This document shows positions 38,273 to 45,727 of a stretch of 64,000 nt of DNA, in pieces. Position 1 is the stretch's first letter. Each line of letters opens with the position of its first letter. The notes beneath the pieces are model-generated. The model searched no databases, was not told where the DNA came from, and saw only the letters and a list, made by a program, of their open reading frames with translations. A program made the translations under genes and the position numbers. The stretch covers positions 5,332-69,331 of the forward strand of contig JASBRV010000119.1 of the NCBI GenBank assembly GCA_030149295.1, written 5' to 3'. The stretch is from Bacteriovoracales bacterium. Its GTDB lineage: Bacteria > Bdellovibrionota > Bacteriovoracia > Bacteriovoracales > Bacteriovoracaceae.

Positions 38273-38455
38273 TTACTGTACTGTACCCTCAGTCTTAACT
38301 TCTTTAACAACTTCACCTTCAGTAGCAGTTTCAACATTAGCATTACGACTTGATTGAATCATTTCAGCACAACCAGTCTCGTTTTCACCAACATCACCAG
38401 CAAATCCAGAAGTAACAGTTAGAACCATACATGCAATAAAAAGTAGTTTTTTCAT
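38273..38455 (-). CDS. secreted acidic mini-protein P1 (60 aa), paralog of P2
   Basis: Sec signal ending GFA|G. The mature part is GDVGENETGCAEMIQSSR followed by an E/K/T-rich tail. AGGAGAGAG RBS, its own sigma-54 promoter and its own terminator. Confidence 0.75.
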   Translation of the reverse strand: MKKLLFIACMVLTVTSGFAGDVGENETGCAEMIQSSRNANVETATEGEVVKEVKTEGTVQ

Positions 38456-38489
38456 AATCTCTCTCCTATTTTGTTATGCTTATATAGAA

Positions 38490-38504
38490 GCAAGGATAGT
38501 GCCA
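38490..38504 (-). promoter_or_regulatory. sigma-54 (-24/-12) promoter of P1
   Basis: The reverse strand reads TGGCAC-TATCC-TTGC, an exact match to the TGGCAC-N5-TTGC consensus, 35 nt upstream of the P1 ATG. Confidence 0.8.
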
Positions 38505-38609
38505 ATTTTTAGCTCCTATAAACAGGCACTTAGAAGTGTAAATCTGTGTAATTCCTATACTATGACCAAACTTTTTACGATTTAGAGAAAAAATATCACC
38601 TTTGAGAAC

Positions 38610-40022
38610 TTAGCCAAACCAAGAAAGAAGTCGGCGAATAAGGCTAATTTTCCCTTTATAAGGCGGGTAACGCACAGGAAGGTCTAAAAAGGTACCGCGA
38701 CCCATGATAGATTTCATATGGCTAAAGGTCTGGAAGCTCTTATATCCATGATAGGAGCCCATGCCACTAGCCCCCCTTCCTCCAAAGGGTAAATTAGGAT
38801 TAGTAAGATGAACAAGGGAATCATTGATACACATCCCTCCAGAGGGAACTTCCTCGATAAAACGTTCAATATAATGATTATCTTGGCTAAAAATATAGGC
38901 CGCTAGCGGGTTAGGATGCCTACGAACTGCTCCTAAAGCCTCATCAAAATTAGCTACCGAAATAATAGGTAAAATAGGGCCAAAAATTTCCTCCTTCATC
39001 GAAGGGGAATCAACGTTTGCCCTCAAGATTGTAGGGCTTAAATAATCCTTTTCCTCATCGACTTCGCCCCCGAAAATAAGATCATCACCCTTTTTATCAA
39101 AATAGCTTTCAAGCCGCTTGAGATGGCGTTTATTGATTATCTTTCCATAATCCGAAGAGTCTTTTGGGTTTTTACCAAAAAATTCCTCTATGTATTTTTT
39201 AAGGTTTTCCACAAACCTTGGATAAAGTTCTTCTTGAATTAACACATAGTCAGGGGCAACACAGGTTTGTCCGGCATTAAAAAACTTGCCCCAAGCAAGC
39301 CTCTTGGCCACAAGATCGAGGTCATTATTGCCCATAATAACACAAGGAGATTTCCCCCCTAATTCTAAAGTAACAGGGCAAAGGTTTTGAGCGGCTTTTT
39401 CCATGACGATTTTACCGACAACACCATTACCTGTATAAAAAATATGATCAAAAGGTAAAGAAAGCAAGGCCTGAGTCTCCTCTACAGCCCCTTCGACAAC
39501 TCCTACTACGCTTTCAGGAAAGTACTTAGGCACTAGCTCTGAAATGACCTTAGAAGTGGCCTCAGACACCTCTGAAGGCTTTAAAATAACGACATTCCCT
39601 GCAGCTAAAGCGCCAATGAGAGGGGACATTAAAAGCTGAAAAGGGTAATTCCAAGGACTAATGATAAGAATTTTCCCAAGGGGCTCAGGTCTTATTCTTG
39701 ACCATACCGGAAATTGCAAAAGGGGTGAGAACACCCAGCGCTTCTTCATGTATTTCTTTAGCTTCTTTAGTGTGTGGTCTATTTCTTTGATGGTAAAGAG
39801 AGTTTCACTGATGATTCCCTCAAATTGGCACTTACCCAAGTCCTTCTTAAGGGCCTCCAAGATCTGGTCCTCATTTTCTAAAATCAGCTTTCTGAGACTT
39901 AAGAGGTGGCCCCTTCTCTCCTGGTAGGTTCTATTTTCCCCTTCCAGAAAGGCTTTCTCCTGATGATTGAATAAAGATTGAATACGATTATCATTAGGGA
40001 CTGAATTCAAAGAAACCTCCAA
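38610..40022 (-). CDS. class-3-type aldehyde dehydrogenase (fatty/aromatic aldehyde)
   Basis: 470 aa. LELGGKSP glutamate motif and the NAGQTCVAPDY catalytic Cys region. No ATG start. The TTG at 40022 is one option; more likely is the TTG at 40010, which has GGAGG 5 nt upstream. Confidence 0.88.
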   Translation of the reverse strand: MEVSLNSVPNDNRIQSLFNHQEKAFLEGENRTYQERRGHLLSLRKLILENEDQILEALKKDLGKCQFEGIISETLFTIKEIDHTLKKLKKYMKKRWVFSPLLQFPVWSRIRPEPLGKILIISPWNYPFQLLMSPLIGALAAGNVVILKPSEVSEATSKVISELVPKYFPESVVGVVEGAVEETQALLSLPFDHIFYTGNGVVGKIVMEKAAQNLCPVTLELGGKSPCVIMGNNDLDLVAKRLAWGKFFNAGQTCVAPDYVLIQEELYPRFVENLKKYIEEFFGKNPKDSSDYGKIINKRHLKRLESYFDKKGDDLIFGGEVDEEKDYLSPTILRANVDSPSMKEEIFGPILPIISVANFDEALGAVRRHPNPLAAYIFSQDNHYIERFIEEVPSGGMCINDSLVHLTNPNLPFGGRGASGMGSYHGYKSFQTFSHMKSIMGRGTFLDLPVRYPPYKGKISLIRRLLSWFG

Positions 40023-40070
40023 TATTTCACTGGTTATTCTCTCTCAGCTTAATAAAATGGAAAAGGAAAA

Positions 40071-40097
40071 ATAAAAAGTCCCGCGTTTGCGGGACTT
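40071..40097 (-). terminator. intrinsic terminator of P2
   Basis: A 9-bp stem, AAGTCCCGC/GCGGGACTT, with a 4-nt loop. A U-rich tail follows on the minus-strand RNA. Confidence 0.75.
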
Positions 40098-40129
40098 ATT
40101 TATAACAAACAAAATAGGTCTTTTGATTT

Positions 40130-40318
40130 TTATTTAGCAGTAGCTGCTTCTTTCACTTCTTCTTTAGAATTTGAAGCATCAGTTGTGCCCAGATCCTCTT
40201 GAAAACGTGAGCTTTGTACACCACTTACACAGTCACCTTTCATGTCCTCGCCAACTTCTCCAGCGTAAGACATGTTAATCAATAAAACGGCCATAATAGC
40301 AAAAAATAAATTCTTCAT
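40130..40318 (-). CDS. secreted acidic mini-protein P2 (62 aa), paralog of P1
   Basis: Sec signal ending SYA|G. The mature part is GEVGEDMKGDCVSGVQSSR followed by an acidic tail. GGAGG RBS 8 nt upstream, with its own sigma-54 promoter and terminator. Confidence 0.75.
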   Translation of the reverse strand: MKNLFFAIMAVLLINMSYAGEVGEDMKGDCVSGVQSSRFQEDLGTTDASNSKEEVKEAATAK

Positions 40319-40369
40319 CTCTCATCCTCCGAAAACTTAGAGTTTCTTAATTAGTATGCTTTTATAGAA

Positions 40370-40384
40370 GCAAGAGATGTGCCA
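40370..40384 (-). promoter_or_regulatory. sigma-54 (-24/-12) promoter of P2
   Basis: The reverse strand reads TGGCAC-ATCTC-TTGC, an exact consensus match. The flanking TTGCTTCTATA(T/A)AAGCAT is also shared with the P1 promoter. Confidence 0.8.
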
Positions 40385-40458
40385 TAAATTTGATCTTTAA
40401 TTCAATAACTTAGAGATGTGAAAAATAAGAAAAAAATGATGGGTGTATAAAGTTTAAA

Positions 40459-40487
40459 CAAAAAAGCCGCACCCATTGGATGCGGCT
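40459..40487 (-). terminator. intrinsic terminator of P3
   Basis: A 7-bp stem, AGCCGCA/TGCGGCT, followed by a U6 run on the minus-strand RNA. Confidence 0.7.
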
Positions 40488-40518
40488 ATTTAATTCTAGG
40501 TTATATATTAATTAGAAA

Positions 40519-40743
40519 TTAGAGACCTATAACATTACCTTCATCGTCTACAGTCGCTCCTGGAGGTAGATTTAGAGTATCCTTGTCTCCAGTGCCCTGA
40601 ATGACACATTCTCCACAGGTAGAGTCACCACCACAGCCATTCTTTTCCCCGAGTGCCGCATCACCACCAGTGGTATCATCGGCCATAGAGGGCAAAGCTG
40701 TTGCAACCATCATCAACATAATCAAATATTTTAAACCTTTCAT
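40519..40743 (-). CDS. secreted Gly/Asp/Cys-rich mini-protein P3 (74 aa), positional analog of the Bdellovibrio hit-locus small protein
   Basis: Signal peptide ending SMA|DD. The mature part is TTGGDAALGEKNGCGGDSTCGECVIQG..., with 4 Cys. Lies directly downstream of the YD-repeat gene. Confidence 0.7.
   Translation of the reverse strand: MKGLKYLIMLMMVATALPSMADDTTGGDAALGEKNGCGGDSTCGECVIQGTGDKDTLNLPPGATVDDEGNVIGL
40625..40669 (-). repeat. 9-nt direct repeat pair, 36 nt apart, inside P3
   Basis: TGGTGGTGA on the coding strand occurs at 40661-40669 and 40625-40633. Each copy encodes GGD. The spacing is in frame (12 codons). Confidence 0.9.
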
Positions 40744-40870
40744 AAGCTACACCTGTTAGATTTGTTACCCTTATTATCCTACTAAAACTCTTAATTACCT
40801 AAAATCATGCTTCTTTTACGCTAAATACCTAATAAAAGGTTTTAAGCCGTGCCTTTAAAACTGGGCGCTT

Positions 40871-42496
40871 TTACATATTTAAATTAACACCTGCAGGCTT
40901 AACAATCGCTAGTAGGCTTTGGAAAGCTTGAGTCACTTGAAGGGCCATTTTATGACCTTGCTTTGACTCTACTTTCTTAATTTCGCCATAGTTATCGTAA
41001 GCTACATTAATCTTCCCTTCTCCTTCCATGTTGATCTCAACAGGCTTTCCAAGAGAGTTGTAAGTAAAGCTTAATTTTCTTGTTTTGTTAGTCTTAAGAT
41101 CTTTGTCGTACATCTTTGTGATACGGCCTTTAGTATCGTAGAAGAGAATAACAGATTTACCTTTGTCATTTGTCGCTTGAACAAGATTAGCACGCTTGTC
41201 GTACTTAAACTTCGTTGTACCTTTATTGTTAACAACCTTGGTAATTTTGTTAAACTTAGGGTGATACTCTAGTTCGACTGACTCTCCACGAGAAGAAGCT
41301 TTCTTTGTGAGAAGCCCTTTCTCGTTGTACTCAAAGGTTGTCGTGTTGTTTCCTCTAGCGATCTTAAGAGGAAGTGAGCAACATTCTGAGTAAACAGTCT
41401 CTGTTTTAATACCATTAATTTCCGTAGCAATCCTATAAGTATACTGTGATCCATCAGGACGAGTCTTAATTTCATACTCATACTTAGAAACAGATTTTTT
41501 CCCACTAGGAGATGTTTTTGTCACAGTTGTCCAGTAGTGAAACTCTGGATTCTTAGGATTAGACTCGTACTTATACTTTGTTGACTCACCATTTCTAGCA
41601 ACTACTTCTTCAACAAATTGAGTCTTTGGTGTGTATTTGATTTTGAGTTTTGATCCATCTGAGTAAACAACAGCTGTCATATTGTGATTACCGTCATACT
41701 CATACTTAAAGACATTTCCTGCAACGTCCTTAGACTCAATGAGGTTGTCGCCACGGTACTTATAAGCGGTTTTTTTATCACCTGAAGAGTAAATATGTTT
41801 AACTTTTCCGTCTGTGTACCACTCGAAGAAAAGTTGCTTCGCCTGGCTATCTTTAATAGATGCAAGCTGACCTTTCTTATAATTGAGGTTTACAACGTAG
41901 CCGTTCTTGGTTTTCATTTTAACGAGCTTACCGTCAGCATTAAAATACTCTTTTTTGCCGTCATTAAAGGCTCTCATAAAACCATCTTTCGTCTTTACGA
42001 TTTTTTGTAGTCCACGAACGTTTGAGAATAACTCTGTTCCAGCAGCGATTTTTGCTTGAACCTTAAACTTACGAGCATATGCTTGCCTGTATTCTGCGTC
42101 GTTTTTAAGTTTATCTAATAGAGTCTTTGCTGCTTTATCACTTAATGTCGATTTCTTACGAATTGCAGAGAGAATATCTTGTGCTGCCTTTTCTGCGTTT
42201 ACTGCTGTCTTAGGAGTAAATCTCGTTAAAGCACCTGATCCGTTTTCATGAACGACAACAGATCCGTCAGCAGAAACTGTGACGTAGGTTTCATAGTCAC
42301 TACCCCAACCAAAACCAAACCAACCCTTTTCCGTTGATTTTGAATTGTTGGTTCTCGTAATCTCAAGATCCATGCCTCCACCAGGAACAATGATATCTGT
42401 ATAGGAAATATAAAAATTCCCGTTTTTCAGATTCACCCCGGCCATCGCCATCGATGGGATCAAAAGTAAAAGTAACAACAGTTTCATAGCTCTCAT
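40871..42496 (-). CDS. secreted YD/RHS-repeat protein (short, no recognisable C-terminal toxin domain)
   Basis: 541 aa with a signal peptide. The N-terminal VNLKNGNFYISYTDI.VPGGG..L...R..NS....G.FG.GW pattern is typical of Rhs-family N-terminal domains. Multiple YxYD / Y.YD..G repeats follow (FKYEYDGNHNM, YKYRGDNL, FEYNEKGL, ...). Confidence 0.8.
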   Translation of the reverse strand: MRAMKLLLLLLLIPSMAMAGVNLKNGNFYISYTDIIVPGGGMDLEITRTNNSKSTEKGWFGFGWGSDYETYVTVSADGSVVVHENGSGALTRFTPKTAVNAEKAAQDILSAIRKKSTLSDKAAKTLLDKLKNDAEYRQAYARKFKVQAKIAAGTELFSNVRGLQKIVKTKDGFMRAFNDGKKEYFNADGKLVKMKTKNGYVVNLNYKKGQLASIKDSQAKQLFFEWYTDGKVKHIYSSGDKKTAYKYRGDNLIESKDVAGNVFKYEYDGNHNMTAVVYSDGSKLKIKYTPKTQFVEEVVARNGESTKYKYESNPKNPEFHYWTTVTKTSPSGKKSVSKYEYEIKTRPDGSQYTYRIATEINGIKTETVYSECCSLPLKIARGNNTTTFEYNEKGLLTKKASSRGESVELEYHPKFNKITKVVNNKGTTKFKYDKRANLVQATNDKGKSVILFYDTKGRITKMYDKDLKTNKTRKLSFTYNSLGKPVEINMEGEGKINVAYDNYGEIKKVESKQGHKMALQVTQAFQSLLAIVKPAGVNLNM

Positions 42497-42586
42497 GCAA
42501 TAGTCCTTTTTTTCATACAGACTTAATTATTTCTCTCTGTTTCTTTTCGACTTAAATTCCCAAAAGCTTTAGGAATTTCTAAAGCC

Positions 42587-43480
42587 CTAAGTCTTTATTT
42601 TTACTATCTTTAAGATGACCCAAAATCCTACGGCATCCAAAGTTATCGCCGCAATAGTCAACAAAATACCGATGGGATTCGTCACCATGAGTTTAATGGA
42701 GTTGGGATCACTGGCAGCGTAGATTCCAGCAATGGCAAAAGGCATACACGCAATAGTTACTCCTTGGAACATCCCTTGAGCTGTGTAGGTGTCAATTTTC
42801 TGTTGGAGGCGAACTCTTTCTCTGATAACTCCAACAATGGTATCAAATACCTCCGCAAGGTTACCGCCAGTTTCCCTTAGGATATTGATGGAAGAAACGA
42901 ACATTTCGTTATCTTCTGTTGGAACTCGTTTTACTAAATTTTCAAAACACTCTTCTAAAGTGACACCGATTCTATTTTGTTGAAGAATTAAACCAAATTC
43001 TTGAGATAGTGGTGGGTTCATCTCGTTAACCACCATCCCCAATGATTGAGGTACCGAAAGGCCAGCCCGAATGCCATTAGCAAGCAAGGTTAGACCGTCA
43101 ACCATTTGGCCTTGAAATTGCTTTATCCGCCTTTCAACTAAAAAGTCCACAATCTTTCGGGGAATGCGAAAGGAAAGCACTCCAACGATAATTCCAACAA
43201 TAAAGCCTAAAATCCAGTTTATCCACAAACCAAATAAAAGCATCGAGAAAGTAAATAATGAAAGAGAAAAAACGAGAAGGATCATTGTTAGCTTCTCTGG
43301 ATCAACTTCAATAAAAAGAAGCTCTAGCTTTTCAAGGATATAAGTTCTTGTACCAAGGGTCTGTGACTCAATCCAATCGAAAATATTCGTCGAATACCTA
43401 AGACAAAAGATAAAAACAAGCATCGCAATGACTGCGATAATTCCCTTTTGCCCTAGTATGGTGGTAATGACATAATCCAT
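42587..43480 (-). CDS. tadB: Tad pilus inner-membrane platform protein (TadB/TadC, T2SS-F family); only one copy present
   Basis: 297 aa. TM-cytoplasmic helical domain-TM architecture of the GspF/TadB family. Lies in the Tad operon. Confidence 0.8.
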   Translation of the reverse strand: MDYVITTILGQKGIIAVIAMLVFIFCLRYSTNIFDWIESQTLGTRTYILEKLELLFIEVDPEKLTMILLVFSLSLFTFSMLLFGLWINWILGFIVGIIVGVLSFRIPRKIVDFLVERRIKQFQGQMVDGLTLLANGIRAGLSVPQSLGMVVNEMNPPLSQEFGLILQQNRIGVTLEECFENLVKRVPTEDNEMFVSSINILRETGGNLAEVFDTIVGVIRERVRLQQKIDTYTAQGMFQGVTIACMPFAIAGIYAASDPNSIKLMVTNPIGILLTIAAITLDAVGFWVILKIVKIKT

Positions 43481-43489
43481 TTATATCAC

Positions 43490-45727
43490 CTAAGCCTTTT
43501 TCTTTTTGGGAGGCATACCGGCTGGGCGTTGCCCTTGCTGCGGCCTTTTTCCTTGTTGCGGAGGACCCTTTTGTCCCCCCTGTTCTTTTCCTTCCCCACC
43601 AGGAGCTGATGCTTTAGCTGGAGGTGTATTTTGAGAATTATTAAAAAGTCCTCTTGGAACGTTGTATCCCTTCTTTTCGAGTATCTCGATAAACTTTGGT
43701 ATAAACCCTGTTGCCTGAAATTCACCTTGAATCTTTCCAGTTTTATCAAAGCCTCTTTGTTGATAAACAAAGATATCTTGTAAGATTACAACATCCCCTT
43801 GCATGCCACCGAGCTCTGTGATGTAAGTCACTCGTCGTGAACCATCATCGAGACGCGACTGCTGAATAATCAAATGAACAGCATTGGATATCATTTCTCT
43901 AATGGCCTTAGGCTCAAGCCCAGCTCCTGCATACTGAACGAGAGTTTCGATACGTCCGATACATTCTCTGGGGTTGTTAGAGTGAACAGTAGTCATTGAA
44001 CCTTCGTGTCCAGTCCCCATGGCTTGAAGCATATCCAACGTTTCTCCACCACGGCACTCCCCCACCACAATACGGTCAGGACGCATTCTTAGAGTCTGTT
44101 TTACAAGACAGCGAATATCAATCTCACCATCACCCTCAAGTGATGGTGGCCTTGTTTCAAGACGAACAACATGATCTTGAGGAAGATCCAATTCGGCGGA
44201 GTCCTCACAAGTAATCACCCTTTCATTGGCCGGAATAAAACTTGCTAACACATTAATCAATGTTGTCTTACCAGAGCCTGTACCACCTGAAACAATGATA
44301 TTTTTATGGGCTTCAACAGCAATCCTTAAAAAGTCGGCCATATTCTCCGTCATTGAATCAAACTTAACGAGATCTTTGTATGTGAGTCTATTTTCTGGAA
44401 ACTTTCGAATCGTGATAGTACAGCCATCAAGAGCACATGGAGGAATAATGGCGTGAACCCTTGAGCCATCATGGAGACGAGCATCGACATAAGGAGTTTT
44501 TTCATCAATTCTTCGACCAATAGGTGCTACAATCCTCTCAATCACATTGAGAACTTGCCTATCATTCGTAAAGGAAATGGTAGAGCGCTTTATCTTCCCA
44601 CCATGTTCATAGTAAATTTTATCTGGCCCTATCACCATAATCTCAGAACATTCTTTATCAGCAAGTAAATCCTCTAAGGGACCAAGACCTAGGGCTTCAT
44701 CAAGGATTTCCTTAACGATTTGATTCATGTCTTCACGGCTATTAAGAATTCCCTTTGTATCCTCTTTGTTAAGAATATCAACAACAACCTTTTTTGTTTG
44801 CTCTCTAAGAATGACCTGCGCCTTTGGATCATCTTTATCATTTTTCTTAAGGTCCATTTCTTCATAGAGCTTTCGATGAATTCTTGACTTTAAGGTGGTC
44901 CACCCATCATTCTTTGACGCCTCTGATCCCGAATCCGATGATTTCTTTTGAACATCTTTTGGCTTATTAAGTCGAGCGAGTGTCTTGAGAACATTTTTTT
45001 GAATAAGCTTTCTAACTGTCTCAGTCACCCCTCTTGCAAAAGCAGAATTTTTATTAATAACCATGATAGGCTTTTTCTGATTAAGGGCACTGACACAAGT
45101 TTGATCATCTTTTGGAATCGTAGAAAAAACAGGCTTACCGATTGTTTTTCCCATTACCTCTGGTGTTACAGGGTGGCCTTTTTGTATCTGATTACCAATA
45201 ATCAAAATCATATCTTTAGGAAAAAGCATGGTGACGAGTTCAGTATAAAGACGCCTGGTTTGATTGAGCGCAAGAATATCAGGCGTCACCACCAGAAAAA
45301 TAGCCGTGCTATATTCTAATGCCTTAAGCGCCAAGGGGTTTAACTCAGAGCCAGCATCAATGATTGTAGTTGAACAGAGATTGGGAGCTGCCTTTAAAAA
45401 AGCCCCTAACCCTTCACTATTTACAGAAGCTGATGCAGTAGGGTCATCTGGCATACCAATATACTGAACACCTGAAGGATGAGCAGAGACAAAGGGTAAT
45501 ATCGATCGGGGATCAAAAGAGCCATTAAATTCAGCCAGCTCTCTCACTGTTTTTTTTGGTTTTATACCAGTAATAAAGTTTTGATCGCCAGAGGCTTGCT
45601 GATCAAAATCAAGAAGCATTACCTTTTGTCGCGTCTCTGCAGCAAAAGCAAAAGCGAGATTAGCCGCGACCTGAGATTTACCAACCCCTCCTTTTCCGCC
45701 AATAATTGTTATTATGCTTCCTGCCAT
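43490..45727 (-). CDS. cpaF: fused CpaE/TadZ-like ParA-type ATPase domain and CpaF/TadA secretion ATPase, with a low-complexity P/Q/G/K tail
   Basis: 745 aa. The N-terminus has the deviant Walker A GGKGGVGKS (MinD/ParA/CpaE type). The C-terminal part has GGTGSGKTT Walker A and a VirB11/CpaF hexameric ATPase pattern. The last ~50 aa are PPAKASAPGGEGKEQGGQKGPPQQGKRPQQGQRPAGMPPKKKKA. Confidence 0.85.
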   Translation of the reverse strand: MAGSIITIIGGKGGVGKSQVAANLAFAFAAETRQKVMLLDFDQQASGDQNFITGIKPKKTVRELAEFNGSFDPRSILPFVSAHPSGVQYIGMPDDPTASASVNSEGLGAFLKAAPNLCSTTIIDAGSELNPLALKALEYSTAIFLVVTPDILALNQTRRLYTELVTMLFPKDMILIIGNQIQKGHPVTPEVMGKTIGKPVFSTIPKDDQTCVSALNQKKPIMVINKNSAFARGVTETVRKLIQKNVLKTLARLNKPKDVQKKSSDSGSEASKNDGWTTLKSRIHRKLYEEMDLKKNDKDDPKAQVILREQTKKVVVDILNKEDTKGILNSREDMNQIVKEILDEALGLGPLEDLLADKECSEIMVIGPDKIYYEHGGKIKRSTISFTNDRQVLNVIERIVAPIGRRIDEKTPYVDARLHDGSRVHAIIPPCALDGCTITIRKFPENRLTYKDLVKFDSMTENMADFLRIAVEAHKNIIVSGGTGSGKTTLINVLASFIPANERVITCEDSAELDLPQDHVVRLETRPPSLEGDGEIDIRCLVKQTLRMRPDRIVVGECRGGETLDMLQAMGTGHEGSMTTVHSNNPRECIGRIETLVQYAGAGLEPKAIREMISNAVHLIIQQSRLDDGSRRVTYITELGGMQGDVVILQDIFVYQQRGFDKTGKIQGEFQATGFIPKFIEILEKKGYNVPRGLFNNSQNTPPAKASAPGGEGKEQGGQKGPPQQGKRPQQGQRPAGMPPKKKKA

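Noticed and set aside
40744-40870. Search for a third sigma-54 promoter upstream of P3
   Set aside because: No GTGCCA/TGGCAC element with a correctly spaced GC is present. Only the ATGCTT segment resembles the P1/P2 promoters. P3 is probably co-transcribed with the YD-repeat gene or uses a different promoter.
43486-43770. 94-aa ORF overlapping the 3' end of the cpaE-cpaF gene in another frame
   Set aside because: It lies entirely within the low-complexity tail region of a well-supported gene. Its composition (K/R/Q-rich) is a by-product of the alternative frame.
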